From Eledone cirrhosa (taxonomy: Eukaryota): DNA of 64,000 bases. The stretch is from the NCBI GenBank assembly GCA_964016885.1, contig OZ024742.1:268398001-268462000 (forward strand), given 5' to 3'. The translations under genes and the position numbers were made by a program. This document shows positions 50,986 to 64,000 of this stretch, one piece after another. Below the pieces are notes generated by a model that did no database searches, was not told the DNA's origin, and worked only from the letters and a program-made list of their open reading frames with translations. Within the stretch, counting starts at the first letter, position 1. Each line of letters begins with the position of its first letter.

Positions 50986-51905
50986 AGGACGATACAGAGC
51001 GGGTTTTGGCCGTGTAAAATGATTATCGAAAGACAGAAACGTGTAAAATAAATTAAAATTTACACACCAAAAATACTCCAATCAGATTGAAGCATCCGAG
51101 GGTCACTCGTGGCGAAAACCTTCCAAAAGACCACGGCCTCCCTGACCACTAGGGAAAGCGCCCTCTCTCAGTTTTCCCACTCCTCAGCATACTCAGAGCG
51201 GGCCCGTTCACTCGGACCAGACTCGCCACTTTCACCCACCTTTCAACAGCATTTGCCTCTCCACCTCCTCAAGTGAAACTTGAAAAAGTTAATCAGGGAT
51301 TGGCCGGAGAGGAAAGTGTCGGTCTTCAACCCTTTCAACCTTGTCCACCACACAATCTCTTTCCCCATGACCACCAGGCATATGAAAATTGCTTGCAATT
51401 CATCCTCTTTAAAAGAGGATGGCGGGGATATCTGCGCAATGCAGTCAGTCAATAACCGGATCCGTCCTACACGCGACAGCAACTGTTCGACACAACTCCA
51501 GAAGTCAGCAATCCTCGGGCACTGAACGAGTACGTGCAGGACGGTTTCGTCGTCCTGCGCGCATCTCGGAGAGGATTTGCTGACAGCACCGCCGTGCCTG
51601 TAGTGCTTATCCCGAACCGGCAACGCTCACCGGTAGCACTGCCAAGCTAAGGATTTCTGGAAACTGTCCATAGGCACCGGGCTGAAAGTTCTCGTGAAGA
51701 GAGCAAACAGCTGATTGTGTTCGACGCCCAGTCTCCCGGAGAACGTCGTCACACTTCCCCTCCACTAGCCCTCTATAGAATGCCAAGGTGGATGTTCCAC
51801 CGATATCAGTGCCCAGCTGGTAGAGGGCGGTGAGCACTTGAAGACATTCCAGCTTCCAAGCGCTATCCCGGGACTGCAGCTCCCTGAAGGAGACGAGATG
51901 GGGAA
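50986..51905 (-). mobile_element. Tx1-like ORF2 C-terminus and 3' UTR in inverted orientation
   Basis: ORF 51243-51623 PVRDKHYRHGGAV...ETVLHVLVQC; reverse complement of the family 3' UTR at ~50990-51190. Confidence 0.9.
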
Positions 51906-53106
51906 AAACGCAGGAGTAGAAGAAGATGGACGGCGCCTACTTTTTAGGTCTAGGAGGAGGAGGAGGAGGAGAAGGAGGAGGAGAAGGAGGAGGAGGCATC
52001 TAAGCAATGAAGGTGGTTTCGCGATCTAACGTGATGTGTGTGCATTATTGGCTGTAGGTGTTTCAACTGTTTTTGTATTTTTGGAAGCAATCCAGTACCC
52101 AATTATTGAATAAAAAAAAATGTTTTTAATGCATCGGCACATTATATTTTCTAACAAAAAATGCAGATAATTTATCTTGATGCTCTTTTTTTACACACAG
52201 ACACACACAGACATACACGCGCCTTCTTGACTACATATAAAACATATACATGTATATATATATATGTATATATGTATATGTGTGTCTATTCTGTGTGTGT
52301 GTGTGCGTTTGTTTATGTGTATGTGTATGTGTGTGTTTGTATAATGTATGCGTGTGTGCATGCATGTGTATTTGGATAGGTTTATGTATGGAAACATCGG
52401 TGAAAGCTATAAACTTCGGCAGGAAAAGTGAAAAGCACGTACATCGGTAGAGATCACCTTTTAGATATGTGCTTTGTAACAATTTATAGACATTCTCTTA
52501 TCTCATTCCCCATCAAAAACGTAGTGAACCAATTATTGTTCTTCTGCAAATCTGCAAAATGAAAAGCGCTGCTATTGTTCACTAATTACAATAAAAAAAT
52601 AAAAAAATAAGAGAAATATAATTTATAATAGCATCGTAACCATAAAATATAGTAACATTAACAACATCAATGATAACAACAACAAATTGATGAAACAATA
52701 TTAGTTGACATGTAAGGTCGCATCGCATTAATATAGAAGTAAATAACAAAAAGTGAGGGGTGTTTATAAAAAAATGGGAAACTACAATATCGAAAAGATC
52801 TGCATTGATATCAATATGGAGAAAGTAATAACCATATCAACAACACTAAAACGTTGCTAATGAGCAGAAAATCCTCAGAAATATTAATAGAATTTTTAGG
52901 CGTTCTATGAGGGTGAAAGTCTCGTTAGTATAGAAGTGATGTTAGAGCGGGAGAGAGCAAATGTAAAACCAAAATAAATATTACAAACGGTAAAAATAAC
53001 AACAGTTAGCCAATCTATACTATAATAAAGTAAGGAGCGTGGGACTGCGTACGGTTTATTTCTTTTAATCCAGATAGTAAAATAAGTTGGAGTACTTTGA
53101 ATAAAT

Positions 53107-53218
53107 AATTGTTTCTACTTTTGGCACAAGGCTAGCAATTAGGCAGTGAATTACTGGTACTTTATTTTATCGACCCCATAAGGATAAAAGGCAAAGTTAA
53201 CCTTGGCGGGATTTGATT
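53107..53218 (-). mobile_element. SINE family 1, partial
   Basis: ttgtttctacttttggcacaagg...aaaggcaaagttaaccttggcgggatttga. Confidence 0.85.
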
Positions 53219-54324
53219 ACTTTGAATAAATAATGCATGAATATTACATAAGTTATGTACTAAACCCCGTAACTTTTGATTAAATTTAATATAAATATTT
53301 TTATTGCTTATTTAAAATTAACTTCTTTTCAAGGTTTCAAATTTCTACACTTCTGGTATATCGCCACCACCACCACCACTTCAACTACCATATATATAGA
53401 AAGAGAGATTGTGTAATGAGAGAGATACAGATAGATAGAGTGATTATGATTTACAATATGCTGACGCATATGTGTGTGTATGTGAACAAACATACATCTA
53501 TATGTGTGAGAATATAACTCTAATCGGGCAAATACAAACTTGGAAACGGGTGAAAAAAGGGAGTACAACTTTTTATTTATTTATTAGCAACACAGTTTAA
53601 CTCTCTTTTTTTAAAACTCATTTCTATAAAAATTTAATATAATGGCTACAGAAAGAAAACACTAACAAATATGATATATACGAAGGAAAGGGAAAAGAAA
53701 AAAAGAAAGAGAAACAAATACACAAGCACGTAATAATACACACATCTTAGACCACACAGAACAAAATGCAGGCGAATGAGAGGGATAACGAGCCGCTACC
53801 AGAGCAAAAGATGACAATATAACGAAGAGCCCTGAGAAACCTCTTTAATAATTGTTGAGGCAAGCCAGCACGCACGCAGCGTTACCTGGGTCTAGGCTGA
53901 AGTGCTGGAACAACCAATTGCCCTCACGATCATCACCAGTTACCTTTGTTTGGCGAGCCGCCAGCGCAGATAAGACACTCGCTGTCAGTAGCCCGACTCA
54001 CTAACTGTGGCGTCCCAGGTTAGACACCTGTCTCTTGACCAGGAATACAGAGTAACACAATCAAGTTTTTACCCATCAATTCTGGACAACCAGGATGGTT
54101 CCAAAATTGAGGGGATGTTTGCCCGGGCCAAAGCTCTTAAGTGGTAATAGGACAGTGTGCGTATGTGAGCGCGCGTGAGTTTTTCTGCGTTCTTAAATTA
54201 GAGACATGTGTGTGTGTCTCTGTGTGTATGTCAATGTTTTTAAGTTGGAGACATATATATGTCTGTATCTCTTTCCTCCCTTTTACATACACATACATTC
54301 ACACAAACACACGTACACATTGCG

Positions 54325-55031
54325 TGATGAATGGGTGGACAGAAGTCCCTCAAATTTATATACATGTGAATGGAGTTCTACTGGAGCAGTTAGAGAAGTT
54401 CAAGTACCTTGGAGCCGTGTTCAGGAGTGATGGAATGCAGGAGGCTAAATTAAGTGCAAGAATTGCAAAAGCTAATGCAGTAATACGCCAGCCTCAGCAT
54501 TGAGCAATCAGAAGAAGGAGGTAGGTGTAAAAGCTAAACTCGCTATCTTCCTGGTATTCTTGCCAACTCATACCTAGGATCATGAATGACCAAAAGAATA
54601 TAATTGCAAATAAAAGCGGCAGAAATGGGATTGATCCCAAGGGTCTTTGGTGTAACATTATTCGATAAAGTGTATAGCTCAGAGACCAGAGACTCACTGG
54701 AGGTAGAGCCGCGACTTATCCGAATTGAGAGATCACAACACCGATATTATGAGCATGCATTTAGAATGTTTCAGTAAAGAATCGCTGGACACATTTTGCA
54801 GGCAAAACGAATCGCCAAGAGACCCTGAGGTAGACCGTGAGCAAGATAGTTGGATAACATTCATGAGGTTGGCTGGTCATGCTGCGGGATCCAGGCGTAT
54901 CAGTTAGAGATGTTTGCTTCTGACAGACTCGCTGGATGGTGTGTTTGAGAAAGAAACTGCCCCAAGAAGAAGAAGAAGAAGAAGAAGAAGAAGAAGAAGA
55001 AGAAGAAGAAGAAGAAGAAGAAGAAGAAGAA
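54325..55031 (+). mobile_element. RTE-clade LINE 3' fragment with (GAA)n tail (related to 34315-35253)
   Basis: IHVNGVLLEQLEKFKYLGAVFRSDG...ARIAKANAV; (GAA)n at 54964-55031. Confidence 0.8.
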
Positions 55032-55178
55032 GATATTATCAATTTAATTTTTTAATTTACATATATCTATATGCATATATACTTGCGTATAAACATGCTA
55101 AATACGGTAGCAGAAAACGGTATATATATATATACACACACACACACACGCATATACTATATATATATATATATATAT

Positions 55179-55934
55179 AAAGAATTAGTATATCTATCAA
55201 CCTATTTATACAGATGTATACTTAGGTTAGCAATGATATAGATTTTGTCTTAGTAAATTTGTGGTTCAATACAAAGAGATACGGAACAATTATATAAAAG
55301 ACGTAAAATAAGAAAATTATAGTAAGTAACTCATTTACTTAAATTTCACTTCAACTAATTAGTTTCTGAAAAGGGATATACATAATCTCCAAATGGAGAC
55401 CATGAAGACCATTATTTTACGTATTTTATATAATTATTCTGCATCTATTTGTATTGAACCGCAAAGTTAGTCTTTGCTAGCGTAAGTATACATCTGTATA
55501 AATATGTTGGTAGATATACTAATTCTTTATAATTATCTCCAAATTATTTTATTGAGCAAAAATTTGCCTACATTATTACTCTGATTCATAGTATTAAACT
55601 TGGCTACTGTCTTTTTAACACCCCACTCCTCACTGATTAACATCGATTTCACGTGATTAATTATTTTGAATTTGCCACTGACCAGGAAGGCAGTGAAATT
55701 TTCAATGGCTTGGGATTTAGTCCACGCTAGCTTTTTTCCATCCATTGAATTATTTTTGTATTTGATTACTGTGTCCGCGAATCGCCAGGAATCTTAGCCG
55801 AAAATGACTCCCTGATGAAGAAAGGATTCTCCATGGTCTCCACTTGGAGACTATGTATATCCCCTTTCAGAAATTAATTAGTTTGAGTGAAATTTAAGTA
55901 AGTGAGTTAATTACTATAATTTACTTATTTTACG

Positions 55935-55945
<11 letters not shown>
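55179..55945. repeat. Interlocked inverted repeats between (TA)n tracts
   Basis: 55179-55310 is inverted at 55411-55528; 55290-55405 is inverted at 55830-55945. Confidence 0.85.
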
Positions 55946-55985
<40 letters not shown>

Positions 55986-56106
55986 TGTGCGTGTGTATCC
56001 TGTGTGTGTGTGTGTCTGGGTATATTATGTATACTGTATGCGCACCCACAAATGCACTTACACACACACACGCACACACACGCACACACACACACACACA
56101 CACACG

Positions 56107-56319
<213 letters not shown>

Positions 56320-56383
56320 ATACTTTCACTCGTGTAGGACACCTCGGTTATTTTTCATGTTGTAAAAAAAACCTCACTTTCTA

Positions 56384-56440
<57 letters not shown>

Positions 56441-56749
56441 ATATATTAACAACAATTCCGGGAGTCCAAGTCTGGTTATCATTTATTTTTTATCATTTAT
56501 TTTGTTTTTACCTGTTTAGCTTAACTTGGTTTTTGACCACCTTTTTAGTTTTGTATGGCTTCTTACCACATTGTTTAGCTCTGGTTTTTAACTATTGAGC
56601 ACTTTGCCAGTATCACTTCTGTTGGTTGAGTTTCGCTTCGCGTTTCCTGCCCGCCGAAATGCGATTTTCACTGAAACTTTATTTGTATTAATCCCCCGTG
56701 TCTTACAATTAACTTGTTAATAATTTCTATTGACCGGTTAATTGTATAA

Positions 56750-56949
56750 NNNNNNNNNNNNNNNNNNNNNNNNNNNNNNNNNNNNNNNNNNNNNNNNNNN
56801 NNNNNNNNNNNNNNNNNNNNNNNNNNNNNNNNNNNNNNNNNNNNNNNNNNNNNNNNNNNNNNNNNNNNNNNNNNNNNNNNNNNNNNNNNNNNNNNNNNNN
56901 NNNNNNNNNNNNNNNNNNNNNNNNNNNNNNNNNNNNNNNNNNNNNNNNN
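56750..56949. other. Assembly gap (200 N)
   Basis: N run. Confidence 1.
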
Positions 56950-57654
56950 AATTGTATAAGTTTATTTTAAAACCACTCGGTTGAGAACTTATTCGATTTG
57001 TGTTATTTATGCTATTTTTTGCATGATTTACACTTACTGAATTACTTTGCCAACATCTGGGGTTATTTCCCTTGTGATTTCCACACTTGGTTTAACTTAC
57101 CACCGTGTCATTCACTTATTTGGTACAGAGCGATATACCTGTTGATAACGTGATATGCCTTGTTCGATCATTATACCCAAAGCTTATATTTTTAAGCAGA
57201 CTGTATTTTGATTTTGGTGTTACAGAAACTCTACATCGGATTTTAACAGCAATTCCGGGACTCCAGGTCTGGTTATCATTTATTTTGTGTTTACTTGTTT
57301 TGTTTTGATCTGCTTAGCTTGATTTGGTTTTTGGCTTGGGTGGTTAATACTTTCTTGACCACCTTTTCAGTTTTGTATGGCTTCTTAACACATTGTTTAG
57401 CTCTGGTTTTTAACTATTGAGCGCTTTGCCAGCATCATTTCTGCCCGCCGAAATGGGATTCTCGCTGAATGCTTCTATATATATATCTATATATCTATAT
57501 ATATCTATATCTATCTATATATCTATATATATCTATATCTATCTATATATATATAATAATAGGAACGATCGACTTTCGTCAAATCGGACCGAGGGAACAA
57601 TGTTTCCGTTGGTCTTTCCAATTGCTAATACTATCTATCGGTCGCAACTCCAGG

Positions 57655-57779
57655 TAGAAGGAGCAACGTGAAATAAAGTGTCTTGCTCAAGGACATAACG
57701 CATCGCCTGGTCCAGGAATCGAACTCATAACCTTACGATTGTGAGTCCAATTCTCTAACCTTTCAGCCACACGCCTTCA

Positions 57780-57780
<1 letters not shown>
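57655..57780 (-). mobile_element. tRNA-derived SINE (family 2)
   Basis: Minus strand: A-box-like tggctgaaagg, B-box gttcgattcc, then gtccttgagcaagacactttatttcacgttgctcc. Confidence 0.8.
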
Positions 57781-57842
<62 letters not shown>

Positions 57843-58039
57843 GTATGTATATGCGTGTGTGTGTATGTGTGTGTAAATCCCGGGTTCAATCGGGGTAACG
57901 AAATATTCAATATATTGGAAGAGTGTAAACATGTTTAACTTAGAAATGGCTTCTCAGCGAATAGAACTGTTTCATTGAAAAGACATAATCAGAAGAGCCA
58001 ACATTCCTTTTAAAACTGTTGTATTTATAGTTATGCTAA

Positions 58040-58175
58040 TGCTGTCAAAGCGGTCGGATCTTAGCCGTCCTGGTCCTGACTCTTTTCATATTACACCCAC
58101 TCTACTACCCTAAGTATTGAGTACTCTGGTACGTTACGGTACACCTGGTATCTTACCACATCCTCTTTGTTTATT
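58040..58175 (+). mobile_element. Penelope-like pLTR 3' end (same family as 12030-12158)
   Basis: cccactctactaccctaagtattgagtactctggt...cttaccaca followed by (TA)n. Confidence 0.7.
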
Positions 58176-58182
58176 TGTTTAT

Positions 58183-58436
<254 letters not shown>

Positions 58437-58646
58437 AATTACAAGAAACGAAACGGGCTGTGTGGTTACTATAAACAATGTGTATGTAAGATGGTAATAT
58501 GGACGGAAACAAGAGTAGAACCCTTCATCAGATGTTAACTGCAGACCATAGATGTTAAAGGGAGATAATCCAAAAGAGTTTTACGACATGTGGGAAACAT
58601 GTCGTAAACGATTGAAAACGTGCAGATATATAGAGCGAGAGAGAAA

Positions 58647-58766
<120 letters not shown>

Positions 58767-58947
58767 GCTAGAGAGAGAAAAAAGGAGAGAGAGAGAGGAG
58801 AGAGTCGATATGAATTTGTGGTGGGACCACAAATTGAGCAAAACAGGTAGAGGGGTTCACAGAGGTAAATAAACAAATTACAAAAAACGAAGCGGGCTGT
58901 GTGGTTACTGTAAACAAAGTTTAAGATAGTAATAGGGACGATATATA

Positions 58948-60040
58948 TCTACTATATAAATTGGAAGTGGTCGGATGTTGTATACTTAAGTAAGTGGGTT
59001 TAGTCGGATAAACGTCGAAACGGCTTGGTGGAATGTAGCAAAAATTTACACAGTTATGCAGAATGACACGAGGAGGCGTTGGGTCAACATTGAAGCTACA
59101 AGCTTCCATGGTTACAGAGAAAAATCGATGAAACAGGAATTTCCCATTCAAATTGAACTGAGAGTAATCTGTGAACGCAGAATTAAATATTTCGAGAAAC
59201 GTTGCAGCCAAAGGAAAACAGGAAGAGGATATTTGGGTTCGTGAAGACGTTCCCTGACAATGAACGGGAAAAAAAGCCAGGATAATACGCCGTTATGTGG
59301 ACCGAGAAGACCAATTTCTAGCAAAGACAAGACCAAGTTTATGGTATAAATGGAGTCGTTATTTAAAATAACAGAATAATTTCCAGCTCCGGAGTTTAAG
59401 AATGATGTAAAGAAAATGGAAAACGAAAATGACAGAGGTTATTAAAATAGTAAAAGTAAATAGTGAAGATTTAGGCCAGTACATACGTATGCCCTGACAG
59501 ACATACACATATATACGCATACACAAATGCATACACACCCACAAACACACAGACACACACACACACATACACTCACACACGCGCACGCACACACAAGCGC
59601 GCGTATGTATAACCCTTATGCATTTCTACAGTATTTTCACCAAACTTAAGACATAGGTTACTTATGTACTCCGGATGGTCATGGGCATTTTCATTTTTCC
59701 AGATATTGATTATAGGGCCTCCCGACAGATAACCCCCTTTAATCACTTCCTTGGAGTCGACTGAAGCACCTCAGTGCAATGAAACAAAACGTCATAACTT
59801 CTGGAGTTCGCAACCGATTTTCACAAAACTTGACACATGGGCTACGTTTGTCCTACAGATGAATGTGAACTCTAAGAATTGACACATATTGAGTAAGGGA
59901 CGCCTAGAGGCAGGAACCCCACTTTGGAAAAAGCCGATGATTTTGTAAAAGTATAGTTTTCGAAGCAGCACTGAAGTATTGACATAAATGTTATACACAA
60001 CTGCTATTTAATACCCGAACAACCCCGGGTACCTCTGCTA

Positions 60041-60041
<1 letters not shown>
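58948..60041 (+). mobile_element. Non-autonomous Helitron-like element
   Basis: 5' TCTACTATATAAA preceded by A; subterminal hairpin acccg...cgggt (60013-60030); 3' CTAG (60038-60041) followed by T; no TSD; internal ccgattttcacaaaacttg motif and (CA)n. Confidence 0.65.
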
Positions 60042-60086
<45 letters not shown>

Positions 60087-60730
60087 GTATAGGTATAACA
60101 TGTGTAAGTAAGAAATGGCTTCCTTCGGAAACTCTTTCATTCAAAAGAAATCATCGGGAAAGCCGACTGTCCTTGTAAAACTGTTGAATGTATGTTTTCT
60201 CTTGTTTGGGGAAGGTGATGATTTTGGTGATGGGTGGGAGTTATTGTTCCATTAAAATCGTTTCTTTTGATGTATGCATGCCCTGGATTCGTCTGGCAGC
60301 TGAAGAAACGGAATATCATGTGACATAATATGGAAAGCGCTTGAAAACTCAACAGGATATATAAACAGAACCAAAAAATGTTGAAAGGAAAATTGAAGAT
60401 CTTACAGTCTGTATACAAACTGGATATTTACCTAAATGTAAAAACAAAATTCTGCAGGGCATATTTACATCAAAGGGCCAATTTTTAACTATCTGGATGT
60501 TTGCACAGCAAGACACCATTTCATTGGACCTCCAGAAGACTACGTGACACCAACTAAATATGGTACCCCGCAACGAGTGTACATACACAGATTGGTGAAT
60601 TCATGAAGGGCACAACTCGCACTTCATCCAACGAACACACAGAAATGCAACTACCTATATGTCAGATCTGAAAAATTGGTGATAGCCCAATAAGGAAAAG
60701 TGTGTGGAGAGAATATGCAGATTCGTAAAC

Positions 60731-60780
<50 letters not shown>

Positions 60781-60784
<4 letters not shown>

Positions 60785-63700
60785 TCATCATCATCATCAC
60801 CGTTTTACGTCCGTTCTTCCACCCTAGCATGGGTTAGACGGGTTGTCCTGCTGTGGGCAATGTCCCGTCGGCTGACCTTGTCTTGCTCATACGGGAACTG
60901 ATTCTGGCTTGATTTCTACAGCTGGATGCACTTCCTAACACCAACCTCATTTACAGTGAGTGCTGGGTGCTTTTTTTCCGTGGCACCTACACGTCCACTT
61001 TAGAGTGTAGGCTGGGTGCTTTTTTGCCGTAGCACCTCCACGACCACTTTGCAGTGGGAAGGTCTGGAGGGCATATTGTCTATATGCTTCAGCTTCGGCT
61101 TGTACCCGCGGAGGGTCGGGTCTTCTGTATTACTGCGTGACGCCAGAGGTCACGGTCGTGTGTCATCGCCTTTGAGAGGTGTAATTGGGTAAGGGCGGCT
61201 TTTATCACATCATCCCAGGTCTTCTTGGGACTCCCTACTCCTAGGTTTCCATCGACTTTTACTGCTCTGCACCTTTTTATGCAGCTGTCATCCTTCATAC
61301 GTATCACATGTCCATACCAACGCAACCGCCTCTCCCGCACACAGCATTTGATCCCTCTGATTCTCAGTCCCTCTCTCAATTCATTTATTCTTTGCCGTTC
61401 GTGTATATTACTATTACACATCCATCGGAGCATGCAGGCTTCGTTTCTTTCAAATCTGCGCAAGTCTTCCACAGACAGCGCCCAGGTCTCACTAACATGT
61501 AACATTGCTGTTCGTATACACGCTTCATACAGTCTGCCTTTCATTTTGAGGGAAAAGCATTTTGTAGCTAGCAGTGGCAGTAGCTCCCTGAACATCTTCC
61601 ATCCCGTTCTTACCCTAGTTATTGTACTTTCCGAACACCCACCTCCGCAGCTAATTCGGTCGCCTAGGTAGCTAAATCTGTCTACTGTTTCTACAGAGCC
61701 CTCCCAGAGTTTGGTGGTACTTGTTTCCTGTGGCTGTTTGCTGCGTGCTGTGCCAGCACAGCTGCTACATGTGAAGCCTATATTCTTAGTTAAGCTTCCT
61801 GAGATCCCGCTATATCTCTTGTGTACCCATTGTTTGTATTTGGGGCAGAGAATGGAGTTCCTACCTACACCTTTCCCACATACTGAGCAAGACCATTTCC
61901 CTGAGGGTATCTGGGTTCTGTTTTCTCGTCTACTTACAAGGACCTTAGTCTTTGTCAGGTTGACTTTGCTGACTGCTCCGCTATACATGGCTTGTACAGC
62001 TTTCACAAGCCATTCATCTACTCCTAGTTTTCTAAGAGCCCACCAGATTAAAGCGCCGGGAAAGGCTTTCTCGAGATCGACGAATGCCAGGTAGAGTGGC
62101 TTACATTTTAGCTAGGTGCTTTTCCTGTAACTGCCTCACAGGGAAGAGGGCATCAGTGGTGCCTCTTCCTGGCACAATCTCAAATTGAATCTCATCTAGT
62201 TTCACCCGGTCCCTAATCAACTGTGCTATAACTCTTTCTGTTACTTTAATGACCTTGTCCATCAGCTTTATACCTCTATAGTTTCCTCTATCTAGTGCAT
62301 CACATTTACCTTTGTAGCAGTTAACAATGATGCTACTGCACCAATCCTTTGGTATGACACCTTCTAGGATTACCTGGTTAACAATACGTGTGGTTATGGT
62401 TTGACCTACCGACACAGAAACCTTCAGCATCCCAGCAGCTAAACCCGATGGACCGATTGCCTTCCCCGTCTTCCTATCTTTGATTGCCTTACTTACTACG
62501 CTGCTGCTGACTTGTACTGCTGAGCACTCTATAGGGTCTGCTTGGGGTAGGGTCGCTTCTTCCCATGCATTCTCCTCATTTACTAATCTATCATAATGGC
62601 TCTTCCACTCATCTTTCTTCTCAGCACTTGTGAGGGCAAGCTCACCTATCATTCCGGATACACTTCTCTCCAATAACATCACACTCCTTTCTAACACGCT
62701 GCCTCGCAATCTTGAACACCTCATGATTCTGGTCCTCACGATGCAAAACATTATTGAAATTTCTATCCTCTGCTTCCCTCCTAGCTAAGTATACTTGTCG
62801 CCTAGCTTCCCTCCTGGTCTCTATGTAATACCCTGCTTCCCCCGTTCTTCCATTCTTTCCATGCCTGTCTATTGGCCTTAACTGGCTCATCTAACTTATT
62901 GTTCCACCACCAAGTCACTCTGCTCCTGGCTGTAGTATTACTCCAGCCACAGATCTCATCCGTCGCCTCTACTAAGTTATTTTTTTATGAACTCCCAGTG
63001 CTCTTCTACATTGAATGTCTGTATATGTTCTTCTTTACTGTAATACGCGTTGAGTAAAATATCTTTAAATCTATTACTGGCTGAGGGGTCTTTCAGCTTC
63101 CAGATCTTTATTCTCCAGGTTGGCTACTGTTTCCAGGTTCGTCTAGTTCTGACCGTGAGGTCGCTGACAACTAAGCTATGTTGGGAGGTACATTCCTCAC
63201 TATGGAAAGCTTTTGAGTTTACGACCGTCCATCTTTCACGTCCTCTGATGAGGATAAAATCTATCTGGCTAGAATGCTCCCCTGATCTATAGGTGATCAG
63301 GTGGTTGTCGGGGTTTTTTACGTTTGTGTTACATATCGACATGTCATTGGAGTCGCAGAATTCTAGAAGCCTGAATCCTTCTTCATTTCTTGTGCCAACC
63401 CCATGGCCTCCATGGACTCTATAGAAGCCGTCACGGTGTTTACCTGCGTATCCGTTAAAATCTCCTGCAATGATTAGGAAGTCATTGTCGTTTGTTAGAG
63501 CAGTAGTGTGCATTAGGGACTCGTAAAACCTATCTTTAAGTTCGTCTGGCAACCCCGATTGGGGTGCGTAAGCTGATATTATTGTGGTAATTGTTTTATT
63601 CAGGACTAGTCTGAGTTTAATGATTCTTGCATTCACTCTGTTCACTGAGATTACCTTATCTACCCATTTGTCAGCTAGTAGGATACCTATACCACCCATC

Positions 63701-64000
63701 CCATCGTCATTTCCCACCCAGAAAAATTTGTAGCACTGACTTTTTCCTACAAGGACTCTAGCAGACTCTCCCCTCCATCTAGTCACTTGCACACAGCATA
63801 CAACAATTTCCTTTCGCTCTAGCACCTCTACGATTTCTCCTGCTATTCCTTTCATTATGCTTACATTGATGGTACAACTCGGAGTTTTGGCCATTTGTCA
63901 ACACTCGTGGGAAAGGGTCGATTTTTGCAGGGGTGTGTGTGTGTGCTTCCTGTCGCTGAATTAAAGCTACACATGGGTGCTTGCTAGCTCGCGGATTCAT
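60781..64000 (-). mobile_element. RTE-clade LINE (APE endonuclease, RT, Cys-rich finger), disrupted, with (GAT)n tail
   Basis: EN ISAYAPQ, AGDFNG, QIDFIL, SQHSLV (63124-63894); RT NYRGIKLM, GRGTTDA, AFVDLEKAF; RRLRWYGHVIR; (CAT)n on the + strand at 60781-60799. Confidence 0.93.

Noticed and set aside
53870-54145. GC-richer segment with an acctggg/cccaggt inverted pair upstream of an RTE fragment
   Set aside because: Separated from the RTE piece by simple repeats; no classifiable structure.
60940-61055. ~48-bp tandem repeat resembling a CRISPR-like array
   Set aside because: Only about two diverged units in the RTE 3' UTR, with no unique spacers, in a eukaryotic context.

Overview
Eukaryotic, AT-rich, microsatellite-dense DNA. 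The SINE content and composition suggest an octopus/cephalopod genome (inference). No host gene is recognisable; the window is a nest of decayed transposable elements and no element ORF is intact. Contents: (1) about ten copies of a Tx1/L1-clade LINE (ORF1 with CCHC knuckle; ORF2 APE endonuclease-RT-CCHC), almost all on the + strand, many head-to-tail and joined through (ATT)n tracts; (2) four R4/Dong-clade REL-endonuclease retroelement pieces on the - strand in the same (ATT)n tracts; (3) RTE-clade LINEs with (GAT)n or (GAA)n tails; (4) Penelope-like pieces in (TA)n with inverted pLTR copies and hammerhead-ribozyme folds; (5) tRNA-derived SINEs, a Tc1/mariner relic, a non-autonomous Helitron, several palindromes and a 200-N gap. 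The most interesting signals are an (ATT)n landing pad shared in opposite orientations by two unrelated retroelement clades, a hammerhead with a compensatory U3-A8 core pair present in both pLTR copies, and different ORF1/5' modules attached to nearly identical ORF2s. All comparisons were made by eye, and element boundaries are approximate.
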